Positions 56,194 through 64,000 of a DNA stretch of 64,000 bases are shown here, piece by piece. Each line of letters begins with the position of its first letter. The stretch's first letter is position 1. A program made the translations under genes and the position numbers. The stretch spans positions 16,184,001-16,248,000 of the forward strand of contig NC_058369.1 of assembly GCF_018350175.1 (NCBI RefSeq). Direction: 5' to 3'. This DNA is from Felis catus (lineage: Eukaryota). The notes beneath the pieces are model-generated. The model worked only from the letters and a program-made list of their open reading frames with translations, ran no database searches and had not been told where the DNA came from.

Positions 56194-57485
56194 ACCAACC
56201 GACAGTTTGCACCTGGTTCCTCTTATGTTCTTTTGGTTCCTGAAACTGAGCCTGGTGCGGCCGTATGACCAGCAGGGTGTAGAAGGTCCCTTTGGATGAA
56301 GCAGTGGCCCCGAGACCTGGGTCTCAGGGAGGTCCCATGTGCATTGCTGGTCCCCTGCTCTCTCTTCTCCCACCACTCGTCTCCCGAGGACTGCAGATGT
56401 GGGGGGTGGCAGGGGAGCGCTTGCCTCCGAAGGTAGGCCTGGAAGTGACAGTTGGAGGACTGGGAAAGACGAGCAGGACTGCTAGCCCTTCCCCACACAC
56501 AGACCCAGGCCCCTCCCCGCCCTGGGCACAGCCGCCCCAGCTCGGACACACAGAGGAAGAGCCTCGATGCTGCCCTGGGCAGACCAGCCTCTGCAGGTCC
56601 TTTCCAGCCAGCAGAGCAAGGGAAGGGGTCACTGTCCCCAGGGAAAATCCAGGGCAGGACTCATCTGTCCCCAGCCACCAGCAGCCTTCACCCAAGGGTA
56701 CTCCAAGCGCTCTGGCTAACTCTGTGTCCCCCCCCACCCCTGCACTGCCCAGCAAGCGTCACAGGACTGCTTGGCCCAGGGGTGAGGGGGGCAGCTGAAT
56801 ACTCCCTTAGACCCCCCTTCTCCTTCACAGCCTCTCCCTGTTCTCTGTCCCCGGGGTTCTGATTTGCTGATGAGCCAGGGCTGAGAGATCTCCTGTTTGG
56901 CAAACCTCAGATGCGAATTTCAGATAGATACGAGGCTTCAAACCCTCCTTAACACCCCCCGCCGGGGGAGAGAGCCCAGACACCGGCCGCTCCCCAACAC
57001 AGGGGACCAGCGGGTCTTACTTACTTCCACCGGTTTGGAGTCCCGGCCACACTCAATGAATGTTTGTTTAAAACCGCAACAGGACGCTGCAGGGGCCGGG
57101 CCGTAGCCCCCAGCCTCGGGTGGGTCATGAATACTGTACTTAGTGACTCCAGCCCCGTTCTGCAAACTGAGCCCTTCTCTCTAGCGGCACCAGCACCACA
57201 TCTGGAAGGGGTCGCTGCCCGGGCACCTTCACGGCGCCAGACCCCCAGCCTCACCTCTTGCCCACTCTTCTCTTCCTTCCCCGGATGGCAGAACAGTGGT
57301 CTTGCACAGTGAGGGTTCTTAGAGACAGCAAACCAGACCCAGTCTGGGGAGGGACTGGGCCACGGTCACAGGGACACCAAGGCCTTGGCAGCCTGGCCCC
57401 CACCCCTGGTTCCGGCCCACAGCAAGAGTCAAAGCCAGAGCTCACGTCCACACAACCCTGGGTGAGCAAGGCCAACCAGTAAAGT

Positions 57486-57652
57486 CCTGACCTGGACCAG
57501 GACCCTGAACTGACCTGAACCTGACATTTCCTCTCACTCTAACCTTAACTTGAACTCCAACCTTGACCCTTATTCTAATCTGACGCTGACCTTGCTTCTG
57601 ACCTTAACCCTAACCCCTAACACTGACCTTGACTCTAACCCTGAACTTACCC
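57486..57652. repeat. Degenerate hexamer array resembling (CCCTAA/CCCTGA/CCTTGA)n
   Basis: ctaaccttaac, accttaaccctaacccctaac, ctgaccttgactctaaccctgaac. Confidence 0.7.
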
Positions 57653-60600
57653 CTTCCCCAGTGGCCACAGGAGGGCAGTCCCTGCCCCTCACTGGTCCCA
57701 CGGTGGGCGGCCATCCCTCTGGGAGAGACGACAGCTGAGGCCACGAGGCTCACTTTGGTCCCCGCTCAGGGAGGGCTGGCCTCCCTTCAGCATTGCTAAG
57801 GTTTCTCCAGCAGCCCCGCGCCCCTCTGGCTGTCCCCCACACTCTCCCTCCAGCCTTGTCCAAGGCTGCAGTGGGCAAGGGGTTTGTCTGGGCCGTGCCC
57901 TGGCTCCCAGCACCCTTGGGGGCGATCAGAATAGAGGCCTAGTCAGAACTGGCATCCCTCAAGATGCCTGGCAGCTCCCATTCTCAGTAGCTGTGGACTC
58001 GGCTTCTCCCGCTTCCCTCTACTCCCTGTCATTGGTCCCTTTCTGGGAGGACAGCTGGCCCTTCTCACCTAAAGAGGGCTGGGGCCTTGCTGGCCACGTC
58101 CCAGATTGTAGCCTGTGCAGGGAACGGGGCTGGCATCCAAGAGGCCCCTGGTGAGGCTCGCTGACTGAGGGAGGGAGGCGGGGGGCTTCGTGGGGCCCCT
58201 CTGTGCCCTGACCGATCACCAGCCACAACTGGTCAACAGGTGTAACCTGGCCACCTCGTGACATTTCCTGCTGTGGGAGCGCAACACCCGCAACAGATTA
58301 GCGCCCGGAGACAACCTGCTGGACTGGCCACATTGCTGCCGGGTGTGGTGCCCCGGGGACAGGAACCTGAGCCCCAAACAGAGAGGGCGTTGTCTTTTCC
58401 CCCCTTTCTCTGAGGGTTTGGCAACAACTTCCTGGCTGCTCCTGGCCAGCCCTCCGTTCCACGTGGGTCCCTGCCTGTGCTGGTCACACCCGAGGGGCTT
58501 CTGTTTTCACAGATGCCACCCGGGCCAGTCTTGAATGCGGACCCAGCCTGGGGCTGGGGTCCTTCACAGTCCAACCTTTCCCAAGTCCACCTGTTTCCAC
58601 CCTCACGCTCACTGCCATCGCTGCTGGCCCAGGGAGAGGCGGAGGGCGTTGCTGCGCCTGGAGATCGAGGGCGGGGGAGCAGGCACCCACCGTCAGGCAC
58701 CAGTAACACGACTGGGCCAGGGAGCGGGCCCTGGAGCGGGGCCGGGGGGCTCATTCTTTGGGACATGAGGGCCTCACGTGAGCTGGGCCTGTGAGGACGG
58801 AGCAGCCTGGGACCCAGGGGACCGGAGGAGGGCGCGTGTGGGGCCCAGAACGACGAGGGGCGGGAGCTGGAGAGCAGGTGGGGAGGAAGGGAAATGCGGG
58901 TGCAGGAAGCAGGAGTTGAGGGGCGCCATGGGAGGCCGCGTGTAGGCCCAGGGCTGCCGTGGAAGGGAGGGGGAGGTCAGGCTGTGACTCCAACGCGTCT
59001 GCTCACCGAGAGGTCATTTAACCTCTCGGGTGTCTCTCTCTCAGCCCCAAACCCAGGCCCCCGGGGACAGGGCTGGTGCGGCCCCGTGCAGCCGGTCAGA
59101 AAGCCGCCTGCAGGTGTCAAGGAACGGGGCCCCCTTGGGCCCGCAGCTCTCCGGCACAGGGGATCATGAGGTCCCGGTGGCCAACCTGACCTCCCGAGAC
59201 GTAGGACCCTGCAGCCAAAGGGGCTCCCGCAGCAGCTGGGAGAGGTCCTCGCTGGGGTCCCCGCAGGTGACCCGTCTCCATCAGCCTCCCGAGGCGCCCA
59301 CGGGGCAGGCGGGCTGCCCGGTTCCAAGCGTCTCTTCTGTGAATGCAGCACTGACCTCGGCTGGCAATGTCCTCACTGTCTCGGGTTTTGGCTGCCACGG
59401 CGCGGCCGCCCTCGGCCTCTCCCGTCCCTGTCCAGAGGCTCCAGCTCCGCTGGTACTGGGCAAGGCCCGGCCACAGGGCGGGTGGAGGGGTCCTGGTGAA
59501 TCGGAGCTACAGTGAGAGTTCTCGGATCCTGACGGAGGCCGGGTGGTGTGGGGGGCTGGGGGGGAGCTTGGGGGGGCAGCCTCTGGGGTGAGGCTACAGG
59601 CGTCCTACCATTCAGGGCCGCCTTGAGGCAAGCGTGTTCTACTCGTCAAGGGACAAGAAGGAGCTGGTCACCGTTGAGAGGATTAAAGTAGCAGTGGCAG
59701 CGTCCTGGGTAAGCTCGAAGGCCCACGGCATCCGGATATCCTCACTCTTCCTGCCCTCCATCCTCTCAGGGTCTGTGGGTGCCCCCAGCCACCACCAGCC
59801 CCCCACCCTGAGACTCCTGGGGGGCTTCCGCCTGGGGCTCAGGAGTGGCTGGGCTTTCTGAGAGCCTCCCTCACGGGCCTCGAGGTCAGTGCTCATTTAT
59901 GGAGAGCACACCTGGAGCCAAGGACGGTGACCTGAGTTGCTCACGATCCAGGGCACGGTGGCAGGGCGGCTGTGGCGGCCGGGCCCAGCTCTCCCTCCAG
60001 GGCGACATCCCTGCATAAATCCACCCTCTCCCCATGCTTCGCCCCTGGACTTCTTCAGATCAGTCACCCCGCCTATTGTCACACGTCTCCTGTGACAGGG
60101 CAGGGGGAGCCCCCGCAGGTCACCAGGTGGAAGCCCCTCGATGTGGGGAGAAGAAATCGAGGCCAGGCAGGGGTGAGGCTGCCCCAAGACGGAGCTCCCG
60201 TGTCTCTCAGTCCCACATGGAAACCATTGTAGGAACAAAGTCCTCCTCTCCCCAAGGCCCCTGAGACCCCCTGTCCTCCCCCTGCACCTGCAGGGTCTTG
60301 AGCCTGGACAGAGCACAGATGGCCCCATGCCACTGCTGTCCCCCTGCACACGGGTCCATGGGCTGCAAGCATGTGGCTCTTAGGACCTTGCCGGAGGCCA
60401 CCCAGCAGGTCAGGGTGGACTGGGGTTTGTCCAGCCCCGCAGCCCAGAGAGACCAGCTCAGTCCCGGTGCAGAGTCGGGAACGAGGCAGGACCCTAGGAG
60501 GCCACCCCCGGACAAAAGGCCTCATGAAAAGCGGCCTCACTAGCAACGTGGAGCCTCTGACCAGGAAACAGGGAACACCACCGACGATGATGTAAGAATC

Positions 60601-61034
60601 TCAGCCCGGCAGCCTAAAAAGTCAAACTTCCAGAAGGACTCCGGGATCCAGCAAGACGGGCAGAAGGCCCATCACAGACCATCTAGTCCACTGGTAAACA
60701 GACGGCGATGCCGAGGCCCCGCGAGGTCCGTGTGGAGCCAGGCTCGGGCAGCAAAAAGGCCGGTGAGCCGCTGCAGGTCAGGGAGGTCATCCAACACCGA
60801 CCTAGGGGCAGGGCGAGGGGGAGGGGGAGCCCCCGGCTCCGGGCCCACGCGTGTCACCCTAGCCCTTGGCCCACTGCAGGCAGCAGCAACGTCTCCCTGG
60901 AAGAAACTAACTGCCCCTCCCCTCCGGGAACCGCCTCCAGGGGCCCCTCCTGTCCTCCGCTCTGTGGGTGACGAGGGCCAGGCTGGACCATGGCGGCCCC
61001 TCTCAGCTCTGCGGTCGGCCCGGGAGCGGCCGGG

Positions 61035-61115
61035 CTACCAGGGCCGTCTGGAGTCCCCGCGGCCGGGAAAGCGGTGCAGCCTCATATCTTCCTTCTGGAT
61101 ATGCTCATAACAGGA
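61035..61115 (-). CDS. ALS2CL: ALS2CL terminal coding exon, stop TAG
   Basis: ccag|TCC TGT TAT...CCC TGG TAG. Confidence 0.95.
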   Translation of the reverse strand, partial: SCYEHIQKEDMRLHRFPGRGDSRRPW

Positions 61116-64000
61116 CTGGCAGGAAAGAGGCGAGGCTGATGGGGGAGCTGGCCTGCCGGCCCCCAGCCCCACACAAACACGGCCCAACACCAGGGAGCAC
61201 AGCCGCCTCCCGGGCCGGGAGCACCACGTCTCCAGCTCAGCCCCCAGCCACAGTCTGCAAGGACGTGGGGCCTCCCTCTCCCGGTCCGCTCAGGGATGCA
61301 GCCTGGAACATGCCCAGGGTCCCGGGGCCCCAGGGGTGGGGTGAACTGCGGGGCCTCCCCGCCCTCAACAAGGGCAGGCCCGGAGGCTCGGTGAGGCCCG
61401 CCCCCCAGAAGCACACACGAGCAGTGAATTTGGGTTCATCCCCACCATGCGCCTGGGTCTGTCCCACCGACCAGGGTATTTTGGCCCCAGTCCACCACTT
61501 CTGTCCCTCACCTCCAGGGCCGTGAGTAAGAAGTCATACAGGCCTCCCGTGTGGACGGGGTCCATCATGTCACGGATCAGGTGGATCTCGGCTCCCAGGT
61601 GCTGGATTCTGGAGGCATCCACCCCCGCAGTGAGAGGGAGAAGGGGCCCATCAGGGGCAGGCACCACGCGGCTGGGGAAGGATCCCCGGCCTGGGTGGCT
61701 GGACACCTGGGAGGTGGCCCCCGCTCTGCTCCCCACCCGGGACCCGAGGCGGGCCTCTCTGGGCCTCCGCCTCCCGCTTTGTACCAAGAAAAGCTGTGCT
61801 CAGAAACCCTGATGTTGAAGGCTTCAGCCTGTGTCCTGGCTGGGGGCCGGGCAGGGTGGGAAGGGATCGTCCTGCAGCCCCCCCACCCCAGCTCCCGGCC
61901 TGGCCCGGGGCTCACCGGGCACGTGACACCACGTAGATGAGCAGCGGCAGCAGGTCGTCCATGGGCAGCTTGTGCTCCTGGCCCAGCACCCGCGACACGG
62001 TGGCCTCAATTTCCCCGTATGTCCTCTCCAGCACCTCCAGCTTCTCGCGGGGGTCCACCGTGGTGCTGTGGCAGGGTAGCGGGCTCCAGATCGAGGCCCC
62101 TGGGTTCAGTCCCCACCAGGGGCCCCATCACTCCCGCCTCTGGTCCCCCACCCTCCCCAGGGCGCAGACTCACATGATCTTCTGCAGACACTCAGTGGCT
62201 GACAGGAAGCACTTGTCCCTGACCAGGGAGAGTCTCTGCATGGTGGGGGGTGGGGGGGGAGCACAGGTTGGATGAGGCCACGGTCCGCCCCCCAGCTCCG
62301 TCCCTCTGGCCCTCCCGGGGCTGGAGCTCTTGCCGCCCACCTTTCCCCATCACTGGCTCCAGCACAGCCCCGCCCAGAAGCTCGAGTGACCCAGGGTAAG
62401 TCACAGCTCCACCGTGAGCCTCAGTCTACTCAACTGTGAAGTGGGATAAATGGTCTCCAGGAGGTTGGGGGGACCAAAATGGATAGAGAAGATAATGATT
62501 CCAATAGCCGATAGTCACTGGGTCCCTATGGGTACCTATTTCGGTGGCCCCCGGACCCAAGGGCTTGTTGAAACACAAAGAGGCCTGAGCAAACCGTGGG
62601 GGGCCCAGCTCAGGGTTCAGGCCTCCCCCCTACCTGGGGCAGCTAACGGACCCACCTTCTCACCTGATTGGTTGTCAGCGTGAGGTCCTTGAGGGGCCAC
62701 AGGTGCCTGAAATTAAACAAGTATGACACGGAGCCTCTGCCAGACGGAGGGGGCGGGGTCTGAGGTCAGAGGGCAAACCCCCATATACCGTGTCCCGTAG
62801 CAGGACTGAGCGCAGGAAAGGGGTCTGCAATGGCACCCTGGAGCTCCCGCATGGAGACCAAGGCAAGGGAGGCTGGGACAGATCCCTGGAGAAGACGGCC
62901 CCCCTGAAACTTGGATAGGGGTGAGGGGCAGCGCTGTGGGCCAAGGGACCCTATGAGCGAAGTCCCAGGGGTTGGGCCAGACAGAGAATGACAGCAGAAG
63001 AGACTGTTCTGGAGGCTCGGTGAGCCAGTGCAGGCTGGTGAACAGGGAGGGATGTGGGTGCCATGCAGGGCAGCACAGGGCAAGGACTTGGGGAAACAAT
63101 GGAGCAGGGAGGCCAGCATGGAGGAAGCAGCACAGAGGCAGCAGCAAGAGTTGGGGAGGAAGGAAGCTTGGGAAGCGGTTGGCAACCAGGTGTCTGGGCT
63201 GGTGACCAGTCAGGTGCAGGAGACATTCACGATGAAAGGGGAAACAGGGTTTTGGAGGGGGTGGGTGGGAAACACCATCGCGGTGTGACAAGGGAGACCA
63301 GGTGTGGAAGGAGAGGTCCCATGCCCCCCATTGGGCAGGCGGTCACTCATAGTATCGACGGATGAGAAGGGGCACTGAGGGTAGAAGGGACCTGCTCCCA
63401 GAACAGTCCTCAGTTTCCCCTTGAGGATCTCCCTTCCCCCCACTCTCAGTCCAGCTGCTGGGAGCAGGACGCCTGCCCCAGCCCCAGTGGCAGACATTGA
63501 GGCAGGCTGGCCGCTGTGGGCCACAGCCAGCATTTAGGGGCGGGCTCCAGACCCCAGCCAAGCCAGTGAGGGACAGCTCCCGGCTGGAGCTGGGAAGGGG
63601 ACACCAGCTCCCTGGGGCACGGTGTGGGGACTGAGCTGGTAGAGTATAAACCTTGAATGGCTGGTACCCTGTGTTTCACCATCAATGGGAGCCAGAGATA
63701 CATCAAAAGAGACGGTGTTTCCCTTCACCGTGAGGTTAAATAGCTAGATCCAGCCACACCTGAAACCCACCACACCAGCATAATCCTAGAACTTCATGGG
63801 CACCCGAGCCAATTAGCACCACCCCCTTTTTTGCTAAAGACAATGTGAACTGCATTTCGTATCCTGTGTACATGGGGGCCCTGGCAAACATGGCAAGGAG
63901 GGAAGGCTTACTTCTGCACATCCAGGAACTCAAGCAGCTTGGTGTCGGGGAAGAGGCTCAGATGGGCAATGCCCTGGCTGTAGAGACCGTCCTCCCTCTC
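61035..64000 (-). CDS. ALS2CL: ALS2CL, last six coding exons (VPS9 domain); 5' part lies outside the window. Exons: 64000-63912 (partial), 62706-62664, 62235-62174, 62065-61916, 61608-61512, 61115-61035
   Basis: EREDGLYSQGIAHLSLFPDTKLLEFLDVQK|HLWPLKDLTLTTNQ|RLSLVRDKCFLSATECLQKII|TTVDPREKLEVLERTYGEIEATVSRVLGQEHKLPMDDLLPLLIYVVSRAR|IQHLGAEIHLIRDMMDPVHTGGLYDFLLTALE|SCYEHIQKEDMRLHRFPGRGDSRRPW*; all GT-AG and phase-consistent. Confidence 0.97.
61512..61608 (-). CDS. ALS2CL: ALS2CL 97-nt penultimate exon
   Basis: ccag|A ATC CAG CAC...CTG GAG|gtgagg. Confidence 0.95.
61916..62065 (-). CDS. ALS2CL: ALS2CL 150-nt exon (VPS9 core MDDLLP)
   Basis: cacag|C ACC ACG...GCC CG|gtgag. Confidence 0.95.
62174..62235 (-). 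CDS. ALS2CL: ALS2CL 62-nt exon
   Basis: tgcag|AGA CTC...ATC AT|gtgagt. Confidence 0.93.
62664..62706 (-). CDS. ALS2CL: ALS2CL 43-nt exon
   Basis: tttcag|G CAC CTG TGG...AAT CAG|gtgag. Confidence 0.92.
63912..64000 (-). CDS. ALS2CL: ALS2CL exon (cut by window edge)
   Basis: Donor AA|GTAAGC. Confidence 0.93.

Larger units (their letters stand above)
52751..59708 (+). pseudogene. Putative decayed multi-exon gene, S/T/P-rich exon plus SEA-domain-like exons
   Basis: Exon-shaped segments ~52751-53602, 55575-55676, 57185-57308, 58513-58777, 59436-59708 with pyrimidine-AG acceptors (not located for the first) and GTRAG donors, in-frame stops and frameshifts; domain call is by eye only. Confidence 0.35.

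Noticed and set aside
56389..56432. CRCGGWQGSAC EGF-like mini-exon
   Set aside because: Too short, ambiguous acceptor, and phase not reconcilable with neighbouring segments
56292..63700. Many overlapping 100-190 aa Pro/Gly/Arg-rich ORFs
   Set aside because: Expected from high GC content; only the spliced ALS2CL exons are recognisable

Overview
Mammalian genomic DNA, almost certainly felid: it is dense in tRNA-derived Can-SINEs of the SINEC_Fc type and carries a carnivore L1 3' end. The gene order matches my recollection of the TDGF1(CRIPTO)-FAM240A-ALS2CL block of human 3p21. Gene models read by hand: (1) complete six-exon TDGF1/CRIPTO on + (CDS 3891-7159, 190 aa, EGF-CFC, GPI tail); (2) FAM240A on + (coding exons 35756-35901 and 40452-40584, 91 aa, candidate TATA-driven non-coding exon 1 near 25.6 kb, AATAAA at 41121); (3) the last six coding exons of ALS2CL on - (61035-64000, VPS9 domain). 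The rest is SINE/L1/LTR/DNA-transposon sequence and simple repeats, including an ~865 bp polypurine array. Nearly all entries in the ORF track are spurious. Best leads, all unverified: a probable decayed SEA-domain/mucin-like gene between FAM240A and ALS2CL (52-60 kb, +); a gapless similarity between FAM240A and the N-terminus of the neighbouring LRRC2; a minus-strand terminal exon convergent with TDGF1 (11.4-12.6 kb); and a recursive-splice-type AG|GTAAG at TDGF1 exon 4. No database searches were run. Repeat family names and cross-species comparisons come from memory, and repeat boundaries are approximate.
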